Positions 8,462 to 18,477 of a DNA stretch of 31,996 bases are shown piece after piece. Origin of the DNA: Candidatus Sigynarchaeum calidifontis. Its GTDB lineage: Archaea > Asgardarchaeota > Lokiarchaeia > Sigyniarchaeales > Sigyniarchaeaceae. The notes beneath the pieces are model-generated. The model was given only the letters and a program-made list of their open reading frames with translations. It was not told the origin of the DNA and searched no databases. Within the stretch, counting starts at the first letter, position 1, and each line of letters opens with the position of its first letter. Made by a program: the position numbers and the translations under genes. The stretch covers positions 1 to 31,996 of the forward strand of contig JAUQYZ020000009.1 in NCBI GenBank assembly GCA_030587475.2. The letters are read 5' to 3'.

Positions 8462-10438
8462 TCATGGCATCGGCGCACGCAACCAGGCCAGGTTGAATCG
8501 GTAGTGCAAATGACTGGAGATCAAGTGTATGATGCCATCCGGCGACTGCACGGCGGCTAAATAACCCGCGGGTTCAGCGTGCGTGGCATCCATCGTGAAA
8601 GACTTGATGAAATCCGCAGATGGAAGCACTTTCCCCTTTGTATCCCCGTCAGATACGAGTCGCTTGCACGTCCACGATTTTCCCTCGTCAAACGAGAGCG
8701 CCGAAAACATCCCGTGAATGGTTCGTGGTTTTCCCGCGGCGTCGACGATTTCAATCCCCGTTACGTCGGTTCCATCCCTTTTACGTTCGCCCGTGAAACC
8801 GACAAAGAGCAGGGGGCCTTCCCGAAGGCGCATCAAGACAAGTCTCTGCCCGCCGCCGATCGGCGGGAACGGGCTGGGCGAGTAGGTCCACGTCTCGCCG
8901 CCGTCCGCGGAGCGGCTCGCGGGCATCCTGCCATCGATCGTGTCTCCCCTGCCGAACGCGAGCAACGAGCCGTCGGACAATTCGACGACGCTCGCGTGGA
9001 TGCCGGCGATCCATGCCCCTGAATTGCCGGCCTTGAAGACCGGAAATGGCTTCCCAAGGCCAAGATCGCGCCATGTCTTCCCGCCGTCCTTGCTCGCGTG
9101 AATCGCGGTGCCGCCACCACCCCCGGGATTCGCGTCGCACAGCTGCAGCAGCGTCCCGTCCCGGAGCTGCCTCGTGCATGCGATGACCTGGTTCCGCGTG
9201 CGGTGCATGAACCCTTCGTGTTCGTCATTTATCACGCGAGGCTTGCTCCACGTCGCCCCGTTGTCGGTGCTCTCGCGCATGACCATGGCCAAGTGCGTCC
9301 ATGTCTGGGCTTCCTCGATGCCGTTGAAATGCAAGATGCGCTTGCCGTCGTTGAAAAGCGAGGAGCCGGTCATGTTTCGATCCGCTGCTTTGAAGAAGAG
9401 GGACGCGGGTTCCCACGCGACATGTCCTTGGCGCAGCCGGGAGGACAAGATATTCATCTCCCGGCCTCGCTCGGTCGTCGTGTTGAACCAGCACGCGATC
9501 ACGTCCCCGTTGTTGCACCAGGTGATCGCCGGGCAATGGCTATGCTTGTAGAAGGGTACGAGTGGCTCGTCATCAGTAACTTCCGGTTCGATGACGTACG
9601 GTACCGGGTCGGCGAAAAACGGCTTGTCCATGTCCACGGCAGGGTGCCAGTCATGACATGATTGCTGAACACCTCGGAAAAATGCTGGGGGGCGGGGCGG
9701 GTCCAGTAACTGCCCGTTAGGCATGGCCGCCTGCACGACGCGAAACCCGATGAACCGGGACTTGTCTTCGGGCAGCGCTGCCAGTCGGTTCGCCGAGCGG
9801 AGGTACCACGCGAGGGTCTCGTAGCTGCCGCCCCTCGTGACCTTGAAGTCCCCATGCTTGTATCCCGCCGGGTCGACTTGCACGCCCGCGACATACGGCC
9901 CATACCAATCCAGGCACCATTCCTCCACCAGCCCGTGCATGTCGTGCAAGCCGAACGGGTTCGCCGGCCTTCTCCGGGTGGCGACCGTGTCGCCACCATC
10001 GTCGCTGGATATGGCTGCCTTCCAATCATCGGGATTGTCGATGCGGTGTTCGGGGGGCAAGCTGTCTCCCGTCCAGTACTGCGTCGTCGTTCCCGCGCGG
10101 CAAGCATATTCCCATTCCGCCTCGGTCGGAAGCCTGTATGGTTTGCCCTCCTTCTCGGAGAGCCACTTGCAGAAAGCCATTGCATCGTTCCAAGACACGA
10201 AAACGACCGCTGCATCGTCCGTTTCACTCACGTACGCGATGCCACGATATCGCTCGTGTTCTTTTCGAAACATCTCGAATTGTGCATTTGTCACGGGCGA
10301 ATCGGCCATGAAAAAAGGATTGCTGATGCAAACCTCGTGCACGGGCACCTCGTCCCAGTCTCCATCCTTCTGGCCCATCAAGAACTTCCCGGCAGGAACG
10401 GAAACAAGCGTCATGCCGATCGAGTTTTCAATTTTCAT
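8462..10438 (-). CDS. FGE-sulfatase (SUMF1/EgtB-like) domain fused to BNR/Asp-box sialidase-like beta-propeller
   Basis: RLPTEAEWEYACRAG, NPFGLHDMHG, RGGSY, IGFRV; Asp-boxes STDNGATW, SKDGGKTW, SADGGETW, SFDEGKSW. Confidence 0.88.
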   Translation of the reverse strand: MKIENSIGMTLVSVPAGKFLMGQKDGDWDEVPVHEVCISNPFFMADSPVTNAQFEMFRKEHERYRGIAYVSETDDAAVVFVSWNDAMAFCKWLSEKEGKPYRLPTEAEWEYACRAGTTTQYWTGDSLPPEHRIDNPDDWKAAISSDDGGDTVATRRRPANPFGLHDMHGLVEEWCLDWYGPYVAGVQVDPAGYKHGDFKVTRGGSYETLAWYLRSANRLAALPEDKSRFIGFRVVQAAMPNGQLLDPPRPPAFFRGVQQSCHDWHPAVDMDKPFFADPVPYVIEPEVTDDEPLVPFYKHSHCPAITWCNNGDVIACWFNTTTERGREMNILSSRLRQGHVAWEPASLFFKAADRNMTGSSLFNDGKRILHFNGIEEAQTWTHLAMVMRESTDNGATWSKPRVINDEHEGFMHRTRNQVIACTRQLRDGTLLQLCDANPGGGGGTAIHASKDGGKTWRDLGLGKPFPVFKAGNSGAWIAGIHASVVELSDGSLLAFGRGDTIDGRMPASRSADGGETWTYSPSPFPPIGGGQRLVLMRLREGPLLFVGFTGERKRDGTDVTGIEIVDAAGKPRTIHGMFSALSFDEGKSWTCKRLVSDGDTKGKVLPSADFIKSFTMDATHAEPAGYLAAVQSPDGIIHLISSHLHYRFNLAWLRAPMP

Positions 10439-10492
10439 AGCTGATACGGCTCGAGCAGTGGTTGTGACAACAGTTCGCGTTGGTTGACTTGT

Positions 10493-11038
10493 TCAATAGA
10501 TGAAAGAGGACTTGTATTCGAGCGGTGAAGCCTTGCACATGGGACACGTTGGAACGTCGTCCGACTCGGAAACGGGCGGGTAGTTAAATGAGCGTATATG
10601 CTCGCGACCCTTGACACGAGTGAGCAGCTCATCGCTGGTGAACAGCTTCCCGCCACAACGGGGGCAACGTTCATCCATGTAAGAAACATGGTGGTTCGGG
10701 TCAAATGGATCTTGCATTTCTTTGAATTCGACAAGAATGGCGAGCCACTCCTTCCACGTGGGTGGCGCGGGATTGACGTGTTGCATGGTAAAGCCGGGCC
10801 CAAAAACGCGCTCGATGGCCTCTTTGAGCACGGCATGGAATTCTGCCCCGCAGTTCGCACATAGAACCCGCTTGGAAAAGAAATAATCGTAACGCCCGCT
10901 TGGTGTACCGATCGGTTCCCTGTTTGGGTGCATTGCTAGTCCGAAATGCCCGTGTTCGTCGACCCAGCAGTCTTCATCCCCTAGAACTACGCCAAACAAG
11001 CACGATGAACACCCGAAATCGTAGGCGCGCGTGGTTAT
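10493..11038 (-). CDS. Multi-CxxC zinc-ribbon hypothetical protein
   Basis: CANC, CPRC and CPMC motifs, plus an in-frame CSSC just upstream of the called TTG at 10999. Start uncertain. Confidence 0.65.
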   Translation of the reverse strand: MTTRAYDFGCSSCLFGVVLGDEDCWVDEHGHFGLAMHPNREPIGTPSGRYDYFFSKRVLCANCGAEFHAVLKEAIERVFGPGFTMQHVNPAPPTWKEWLAILVEFKEMQDPFDPNHHVSYMDERCPRCGGKLFTSDELLTRVKGREHIRSFNYPPVSESDDVPTCPMCKASPLEYKSSFIY

Positions 11039-11064
11039 CCACCTCTTTCATTACACTTTTCTGG

Positions 11065-12699
11065 CTATTCCGATGCGTGTGGTGACATTCCGAACAATCT
11101 CTCGATATATCCTCTCGCAGAATCTTCCCAAGAAAACTTTTCGAACAATACGATCCCATTCGTGATGAGTTCACAATACCGCGGCTTGTTTGCATAATAG
11201 GAAGTGGCTTTTCCCAGCACCCTCACGAGTTCATCGACCATTGACCAGAACACCGGGTTGAGCTTGTTCACGGGTTCTTGGATAGAGCGCCTTTCATCGA
11301 ATTTCGTGCTGAGAAGGTATTTCCAATTTTCGGCAGTTTCGGTGCTCGGGTGCTCCCGGTATAGAAAACCTGTTGGCTTGCTAAGATCCTCGCCATGATA
11401 CTTGCGGCAAAAGGCTATGATACGTTCATTCAAGCCCGTCGTTTCCACGGGGCATACTTGCTGGATGAGACCACCCGTGGCACGTGCAATGACCGGCACC
11501 CCGTTCGCGTATCCTTCATTTGCCGCGCCGAACGGTTCGTAATACGAGGGCATGATGATGTAGCTCGCCGCCTTCTGGAGTTCTTGGTATCCCGCGGATA
11601 GACGGAATGGAAACACCATCACGTTGCCCGGGAATTCGGCACAGAGCCCTTCGAGATACGAGATCCCGTTCAGGCCGTGCGGTCCTGGAATGGGCGCAAA
11701 CACGAAATAACCGGATTCTTTTCCCGCGCGGTGCAAGAACCGGTACGCCGCAGCCGCGGCAACATCGAATCCTTTTTGTTTCGGGTCGTCCCTGCCGAAC
11801 ACGAGAAAAATGGGCTTGTCGTCGGCAGCGAGGTCGATTTTATTTCCCCATCTCGGCGCGATGTCATCACGGCTCCGCAACAGCCTCGCGAACTCGATCC
11901 TGGCCTCGCGCTTGATGGCCATGATGGCCTTCACGTCACGCGCGGTGCGGGGGAAATTCATCGGCACGAAATTGCCGTTGTTGATGCCGATTATTGGCTT
12001 GCTCGCGAGCAACGGCTGGAGTTTCTCGGCCAGGCAATCCCGCTGGAGCACGTCGGTCGTGAGCTCGATGGCGTATTGTTCCGAGACGGCGGCCAGCCCT
12101 TGCATCAAGGGAATGCAGTGTTGCAGCACGGTCTGGCCACGCGGGTCGCCCCTGAGATCGGTATCGTAAACATTGTGCAGCGTGAGGTAACACTGGGCGA
12201 GCGGTCCCAGCTTCATCGATTCGACGACCAGGGCGGTTTCCCAATCTTGCAAGCATATTTTATAGGGGGGTTTCACCTTGTCCGACAAGAGACCGAGCAC
12301 GGCAGGAACCGACTTGCACAAGAAATGTGCATCGTTGAAAAGAGCATCGTGCCGCCACGTGTCAATGTACGGGTTTTCACCTGCTAAAAAGAACCTATCT
12401 GCCTTCACGAGATAGATGGCATGGGCTGGTCGATCTTTCCTTGGTTGCGCTTTCAAGAGCCAGATGTCGTGAAATTGACCGTTGTGGAAGGCTCGAGCGG
12501 CCATCCCCGTGTCCGCGATTTCCCCGTCGCGCATGGCGCGCCTGGTGCGCTCGATGTTCTGGAAACACGGGGTGATCAAGATCGTCGGGTACCACCGGGA
12601 CACTTCGGGGGGTAACAGCTTCATGACTGCCGCGAGGCCGCCGACCGGCGCGAATTCATTTTCGAATGAAACGAACACGATGGTCCCGGTTTCGTTCAC
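11065..12699 (-). CDS. GT5 glycogen/starch synthase-like glycosyltransferase
   Basis: SFENEFAPVGGLAAV, QDWET, TLHN, AVSEQYAIE, GINNG, GRDDPKQKG, MPSYYEPFG, ARATGGL, FSWE. Confidence 0.85.
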   Translation of the reverse strand: MNETGTIVFVSFENEFAPVGGLAAVMKLLPPEVSRWYPTILITPCFQNIERTRRAMRDGEIADTGMAARAFHNGQFHDIWLLKAQPRKDRPAHAIYLVKADRFFLAGENPYIDTWRHDALFNDAHFLCKSVPAVLGLLSDKVKPPYKICLQDWETALVVESMKLGPLAQCYLTLHNVYDTDLRGDPRGQTVLQHCIPLMQGLAAVSEQYAIELTTDVLQRDCLAEKLQPLLASKPIIGINNGNFVPMNFPRTARDVKAIMAIKREARIEFARLLRSRDDIAPRWGNKIDLAADDKPIFLVFGRDDPKQKGFDVAAAAAYRFLHRAGKESGYFVFAPIPGPHGLNGISYLEGLCAEFPGNVMVFPFRLSAGYQELQKAASYIIMPSYYEPFGAANEGYANGVPVIARATGGLIQQVCPVETTGLNERIIAFCRKYHGEDLSKPTGFLYREHPSTETAENWKYLLSTKFDERRSIQEPVNKLNPVFWSMVDELVRVLGKATSYYANKPRYCELITNGIVLFEKFSWEDSARGYIERLFGMSPHASE

Positions 12700-12720
12700 G
12701 AGTCATTGCACCCTTTCTGG

Positions 12721-13404
12721 TTAGATCGAAGGGCTTCTCTGCGCCGGGGGCGCGGGACAAAGCCGTTTTCCAAGCTTGATGAGGGCATCGATTAGCTGGC
12801 AGACGAGATATCCGATCGCGAGCGGGATCATGTTGAGCAGGAAGATAATTAGCAAGTAATCAGGGGCCACGAAAAAGCCCATCACGGCATAGATTGATAC
12901 GATGTCGCCGGGGCGGAGCGGGTTGCTGGTGCCGAAGACGCTGGCAAGCACCTCTGGATCCACGCTCGCGAGCAGCATTCCCGCGATCAAGAAGCCGATG
13001 GCAAATGCCAGAGCCAGGATTACCGTGAAAACCAGCATCGCGTTTTTCGATGGCTTGGTCCTGCCCGTGCTGATGAAAAGCGTGATATATGCAACGATCA
13101 TGACAACGGCCGGGATCCAGGTGCCTTTGAGGAAATCGCCCGAAAAGACTTCAAAGGAGATGTTCAAGGCATTGAGGGCCCATAGAAACCCATAAACATG
13201 GCTCACCGTGACAAGGGCAGTGAGGTTCCAGCTCCAATCAAATTCCCTTTGCGTTAACGTGTCGAGCAGCTTCGGTTCCCGGGACACGCGCCACCTGAAG
13301 TAACGCGTGATGAGGGCGTTCAAGACTGCGAGGAACGCGACCATGGACACACAAAGGACGACGATGCCCGTGGTGAGATCCCCCGCGGACACTTGTTGCA
13401 TCAT
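12721..13404 (-). CDS. Integral membrane protein (about 6 TM)
   Basis: Hydrophobic segments throughout; its start overlaps the GH38 stop (ATGA at 13401-13404). Confidence 0.75.
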   Translation of the reverse strand: MMQQVSAGDLTTGIVVLCVSMVAFLAVLNALITRYFRWRVSREPKLLDTLTQREFDWSWNLTALVTVSHVYGFLWALNALNISFEVFSGDFLKGTWIPAVVMIVAYITLFISTGRTKPSKNAMLVFTVILALAFAIGFLIAGMLLASVDPEVLASVFGTSNPLRPGDIVSIYAVMGFFVAPDYLLIIFLLNMIPLAIGYLVCQLIDALIKLGKRLCPAPPAQRSPSI

Positions 13405-16400
13405 GGCTTTCTCGCACCTCCTCTGTCTTGCATGAACTTGTTCTTGATTTCACCCGTGAATTTGGACCATGCTTGTACCAAGGATTTATTCACCCGTTGC
13501 ACCCCGGCCAGAATCGGCAATTTCATCGAGGGCGTGAACACGCTGCTCCAGATCCACTTGAGAAGCGAGACCGACACCAGCGCGATGATCGCAGCCGCGC
13601 CCAGCGGGAGCACGTACCAGTACAAGACCTTGTACAGGTCCGTGTCGACAAGGGAATACAAGAAGCCGGGCAAGGTGCCGAGCTGCGACCAGTAACTCGC
13701 GGGTGCCGCGCTGACGACGAGCAGGACCGGTAAGACCGCATAGGCAGCGACCGGTGCCAAGGCCGTCCCGATGGCAGCTGCGTAAACGCGCCCCTTCATC
13801 GAGACTTGTTTCGGTAGAGCCAGCACGATGATGAAGGCCAGCGTGCCGACGATCATGGTCCCGGTGAAAAACCCGGGAACGAAGAAATCGAACAAGTTGT
13901 TACGGATCGTGTGTGTCCAGGGAGACCACGCGCCCCCGCCAGGAACATCATAGCCCGGATTGAGGAACTCGATGGCCGGGGAACCAAAATATCCCTTGGA
14001 CACGAGCCAGAACGAGATCCACGTGCCCATCGCTAGCATCGGCACGAGGATCGGTATGGCGACCTGGTACACGATAAACCGGGCGATCTTTTGCCCCGTC
14101 CCGATCCTTTCATTGACGGGATCGGTTAGCGGATCGGTTCCCGCCAATCTCGCCTCCTGTTTCAATCTAACGGCGGTCGCCAGCAAACACAAGATGAAGA
14201 TGGCGAGCACGACCGCGAGCACGGCGCCCGTTCCCAGCTCGGCATCCGTGATTGCCGGCCTGTCCAGCACGGTCCACGCGCGGCTTACTTGGATGTTCCC
14301 CGATGTATCCACTGCACAAACGCGGAAGTAAGCGGGACGAGACACGATGGCGTCGAGGGCTACCTCCCCGCGATACTTGCCCGGGCTGGCTTGCGACATC
14401 GGAATCCTCGTCCACGATTGCCCCTCGAAGGTCTCGTTGAAGCAATACTCGATCCAAGCCGCTTGGATGGCCGAGCCTTCTGTATCGGTGATATCCGCTT
14501 CCAAAACGATCCGGTCGCCCGAGAAGGCGTCTACCCGGCGGAGGGCACCTATCCGGGGCCCGTTGATGTCGAGGGCTCGCGGTCTCATGAGCACGGATTG
14601 CCACCCGTAGGGGCCGATCGTCGTGTTGAAGCCCGCGAGATCCGAGGCGATGCTTCCCGTGGCATCGTTCGAGAAGGTGGAATTGAAGGCGTCATCGTGG
14701 TTGAGACTCGTCGCGATGCTCGCCGGGATGGTCGTGCCAGCGGCGTTGACGAGGAGCGCGACGACCTCGTTCTCTCTCCATGCCTTCCGGAGGCCAAGGG
14801 ACAGGACGCGAGAGTCGTTTACCGAGAAGAAACTCTCGCGTTTCGGCAAGGTACCGGCGTGCTGCTCGCCCGACACGAACGGCGTTATCGGGAAGTTCCA
14901 CGCGTAGCCTAGCTTTTCCCGGGTCACCTGGTTGACCTCGCCCGCGATCGACGGGTCGAAAGTCGTGATGCAATACGTGAAGTTAAAATACCCGTGATCC
15001 GTGGACGTGACGTCATCGGGCGGGACGGGGCTCGTGTTGTTCGAGGATCGCACGAGGATGCCCTCGAGCTGGTTGCCCACGCGCCTGTATCCGTGGATGC
15101 CGTAGTTTATCCAGCTCGCCGCGCGGGAGCTGTTTTGCACGGAAACGTGATACAAGGCCGGAAAGTAAACACCATCTTCATCATGTGTGGTGAAGCCAAA
15201 CGGAGCGTCGTACTGGTGGCTTGCTCCCGTGACGTTGAACGCGAACCGGATCGCCATGGCCGTCCCGTTTTGCGGCTGGAAATCCATTTCGTCCTTGAAC
15301 TCGACCCGTTTCATGCCATCCGCGAGGATGATCGACCGGTTGTATTCCGAACCCGCGATTGCATAGCACAACTTCACGTGAATGCGGGTCGGGCCACGTT
15401 CTTCCACGACGATTTGCGGCACGAGAGCCGACACGTTGTACTGGATTCCACGAAAATCATAGATCCACGCGTTTCCGATCTCGTTATACGCGAGCAATTG
15501 CCACGGATCTATCGTCCCGTTAAGCACGTTCCAACCAAGATCCTTGTCACGAATCCTTAACTCGTTCTTGCCCGTCGCGTTGAATGTAATCGTGTAATGC
15601 GTGTTGTCAATCGTGAAGCCCGTGGACGTGAATGACCCGGAGAGGGACGTCGTGTTTGCCTGGTACGCGGCGAGCGGCTGTAAAAAGTACGTCTTGTACC
15701 CGGTTGCCGGCACCGTGGCGATGAACGAGACCGAAAACTTGTTCAAGAACTGGCTTCCGGTCGTCGCGTTCTTGACCGGGCGTACCTGGGACGGGATGAT
15801 GCTGCCCGTGTCCGGGTCGATGACCTCGATGTCGACGGTGGAGTTTCGCACTGTCACCGGGAACGCGGCCATGGACACGGGGACGTCGACCGGCTCGGTA
15901 CGCTCCCAGCCCATGGGATTGAAGAGCACGACGGGACGCGCCGTCGCGTTCGGAAAGGTCGTGTCGATGTTGTCGACCATGATGCCGAGAATGCTCGCCT
16001 GGAGATCCTGCAAGACCGGCATTTCCTGGTAGAACACGCGCATGTTGTCCTCGTAGACTGCTTGCCGGGACGTCCCCGTGATGGAATCGTGGTGGTGGCT
16101 GGCGCACGCCTTGTACCATGCTTGCTCGAACGATGGTTCCGGGTAGGTGAACGTCGGGAATGCTTGCTTCGCGATGGTCGCGAAGGTCTCGAAGGTGGTC
16201 AGCTTGTGCTCGAAGAACCGGGTGTAGTTCTTCATGTTCACGCGGCTCGTGTAATAGCCCGAAAACACGGGGTTCAAGTCCCGTCCGGGAGTGATGGACG
16301 TGTGCACGACGCCGCCCGCCGCGAGTAACGGGCCGAGGCGGTCGAAGAACATCTTCGGCGTCCCGATCTTGCAGACGTAGCCCGTCTTGTCCGCCTCCTG

Positions 16401-17288
16401 GGCGTTCCACGCATCGACAAAGCCGGGGAGCTCCCAGTTCGGGTTCGAGAAATCGGAGCCATAGAACACCATCATGTCGCCTTGATCGTTGCTCAAATCG
16501 CCGGGATTGACAGTGTGCTGGAACGGGTTGTTGGTGGGCCGGATCCACTCGTGGATTTTCCGTATGAACTCGTTGACATTGGCGAAATCAGTGGCAGTAA
16601 CTTGTCCATCGTTGCCAAAGCCATGATTATAATGCGGCATCTTGTAACCATGAATCCGGGAGCCATCCACGCCGGTCCAATTGAAAACACCATCCCACAT
16701 GCCGATGCCCGTCCTGCAGATGATGCAGTACTTCAAGCCGAGCTTGTTGTAAAGTGTGGGCGTCCCGGCTCCGAAACCGAAGACGTCGATTTCCCAGCCG
16801 GTGGTTATCGTCGCGCCCAGCACGTCCCGCGCCCACTTGATACCGATGGCGGCGTCTTGAACCAATCCAATTTCACCAGCAATATTGACCTCTGGCTGGG
16901 ACACGAAGCCCTGGACGATCTCGAGGCGCCCTTCCTTGATGAATCGCAAGATATCCTGCTGGTAATCCGGGTAATGCTCCCAGAAGTACTTGATGGCCAC
17001 TACCTGGTCGAGCACGAAGCACATGTCCTCTTGGACACGCATTTGGTCAAGAGCATTGCGCACGTTCGCCGACCATCGTTCTGCTTCGGCATGCCATGGA
17101 TCGAGCCACCACGGGTCGAAATGCGTGTGCGGGACGATGAAAACGACCTTGTATCCTGCATTTATACCGCGATCGGCGCTTCCCATGTAGTTGAACCACG
17201 TGGAAACGCCCGCGAACGCGGTGAGGCCGCAAACGAGCAAAACAAAGACTGCCTGGTGTTTCGTGAACTTGATATGCCGCGGTTTCAT
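13401..17288 (-). CDS. Membrane-anchored GH38 alpha-mannosidase-family glycoside hydrolase
   Basis: PHTHFDPWW (Zn-binding HxD), IDVFG (nucleophile), GYYTSR, HHDSITGT, LFNPMGWERT; N-terminal TM/signal segment and about 5 C-terminal TM helices. Confidence 0.9.
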   Translation of the reverse strand: MKPRHIKFTKHQAVFVLLVCGLTAFAGVSTWFNYMGSADRGINAGYKVVFIVPHTHFDPWWLDPWHAEAERWSANVRNALDQMRVQEDMCFVLDQVVAIKYFWEHYPDYQQDILRFIKEGRLEIVQGFVSQPEVNIAGEIGLVQDAAIGIKWARDVLGATITTGWEIDVFGFGAGTPTLYNKLGLKYCIICRTGIGMWDGVFNWTGVDGSRIHGYKMPHYNHGFGNDGQVTATDFANVNEFIRKIHEWIRPTNNPFQHTVNPGDLSNDQGDMMVFYGSDFSNPNWELPGFVDAWNAQEADKTGYVCKIGTPKMFFDRLGPLLAAGGVVHTSITPGRDLNPVFSGYYTSRVNMKNYTRFFEHKLTTFETFATIAKQAFPTFTYPEPSFEQAWYKACASHHHDSITGTSRQAVYEDNMRVFYQEMPVLQDLQASILGIMVDNIDTTFPNATARPVVLFNPMGWERTEPVDVPVSMAAFPVTVRNSTVDIEVIDPDTGSIIPSQVRPVKNATTGSQFLNKFSVSFIATVPATGYKTYFLQPLAAYQANTTSLSGSFTSTGFTIDNTHYTITFNATGKNELRIRDKDLGWNVLNGTIDPWQLLAYNEIGNAWIYDFRGIQYNVSALVPQIVVEERGPTRIHVKLCYAIAGSEYNRSIILADGMKRVEFKDEMDFQPQNGTAMAIRFAFNVTGASHQYDAPFGFTTHDEDGVYFPALYHVSVQNSSRAASWINYGIHGYRRVGNQLEGILVRSSNNTSPVPPDDVTSTDHGYFNFTYCITTFDPSIAGEVNQVTREKLGYAWNFPITPFVSGEQHAGTLPKRESFFSVNDSRVLSLGLRKAWRENEVVALLVNAAGTTIPASIATSLNHDDAFNSTFSNDATGSIASDLAGFNTTIGPYGWQSVLMRPRALDINGPRIGALRRVDAFSGDRIVLEADITDTEGSAIQAAWIEYCFNETFEGQSWTRIPMSQASPGKYRGEVALDAIVSRPAYFRVCAVDTSGNIQVSRAWTVLDRPAITDAELGTGAVLAVVLAIFILCLLATAVRLKQEARLAGTDPLTDPVNERIGTGQKIARFIVYQVAIPILVPMLAMGTWISFWLVSKGYFGSPAIEFLNPGYDVPGGGAWSPWTHTIRNNLFDFFVPGFFTGTMIVGTLAFIIVLALPKQVSMKGRVYAAAIGTALAPVAAYAVLPVLLVVSAAPASYWSQLGTLPGFLYSLVDTDLYKVLYWYVLPLGAAAIIALVSVSLLKWIWSSVFTPSMKLPILAGVQRVNKSLVQAWSKFTGEIKNKFMQDRGGARKP

Positions 17289-17460
17289 TGCTAAACACTC
17301 GGGGGACGAGATCCTTGATTGTTTGAAAAATTCGCTCGGAAACTATTTAATCCCACGTCTATACCGCCTCGCTCGGTAAGATCGATCGCAAGTGGCAAGG
17401 CAGGCCATTCGCCTTCATGATGTTGGGTAAACAACCTGCATGAAAACGTGTAGTGAGAAC

Positions 17461-17889
17461 CTAGGATCGATCTAGCCAGGCAAGTACGCTACTCTTGTAT
17501 TTCGCGAAATCCTTGATGATATCCGTCAACGCATCGTAAACGAGGTTTGCATCTATCCCCCCATATATATGGATGATCCTATTTCTCATCTTGATGAGCT
17601 GAATGTAACGGTTTGTATCTTCCTTCTGGATAACGCCGAGGCGTTCCAGCACGCGCATGCAGTCTCCATATGATTTTGGAGGGCCAGCACCATGCGTTCT
17701 TGAGATGATGTGCGTGCACACGTCGATGAATAGCTGGCTAATGACCTCGAACGCCCGTTCTCCTTGCAATTGTAGATTGAAGCTCTTTGCGTACGTTTCC
17801 CGAGTGTTTTCAAGGATCTGTTTTATAGCGTCGATGTATTTTTCACCATCGACGAATTTTTCTTTGATTCTCTCCTTGTCTACTTCCAC
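17461..17889 (-). CDS. HEPN/DUF86 (HepT-like) RNase toxin
   Basis: RNRIIHIY matches R-x4-H-x-Y; PKSYGD; adjacent to an MNT gene. Confidence 0.88.
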   Translation of the reverse strand: MEVDKERIKEKFVDGEKYIDAIKQILENTRETYAKSFNLQLQGERAFEVISQLFIDVCTHIISRTHGAGPPKSYGDCMRVLERLGVIQKEDTNRYIQLIKMRNRIIHIYGGIDANLVYDALTDIIKDFAKYKSSVLAWLDRS

Positions 17890-17895
17890 GAGCGC

Positions 17896-18312
17896 TCACC
17901 CGCGTATTCGCTCATCGATGATGCGTCGATACCATTCGACGTGGTCGTAATACCTGGGTAAAAGCCATTCCGTGTAAGTAGCCCGCGCGGTCCCGTCATC
18001 GCGGTCATACAAATCGAGGCCAGTTGAAATCACATTGAATTGCACGTGAAGCGGTAAATCGTCGATTGCATGTACATCAATGTTGCCATTTCGACTTGCA
18101 AGCTCCATTTCCATACTTAGTTGCGTAAGCCATGCGGATCGTTCAAGAGGCGGCATTTTTTTCCATGCCGGATGATGGACGAAGATATCAATGTCGCTCC
18201 ACCATCCCGCGTTTCCTGTAGCTACGGAACCTCCCAAGATGGCGAAGTCACAGCCGCTTGCTTGCAGCACCCGTGCGAGTGCGGCTTTCAAGTCGCCTTC
18301 TTGACTCGTCAA
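17896..18312 (-). CDS. Minimal nucleotidyltransferase (MntA-like antitoxin)
   Basis: GGSVATG...SDIDIFV and NIDV motifs; lies directly upstream of the HEPN gene. Confidence 0.85.
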   Translation of the reverse strand: MTSQEGDLKAALARVLQASGCDFAILGGSVATGNAGWWSDIDIFVHHPAWKKMPPLERSAWLTQLSMEMELASRNGNIDVHAIDDLPLHVQFNVISTGLDLYDRDDGTARATYTEWLLPRYYDHVEWYRRIIDERIRG

Positions 18313-18477
18313 GGTTGGCCACCGAGATGTGTATCGCGGCGTGAAAAAAAATAGTTACCGATCTAACCGAGCAACCGGGTGAATCGTGAAAAATGAAATC
18401 GGGACCGAAGTCATCTTCGAGGCTCATGCAGGGCGTCCATCGAATTCTATCCAGAGAAAATTAAAAAAGAAGAGGGT

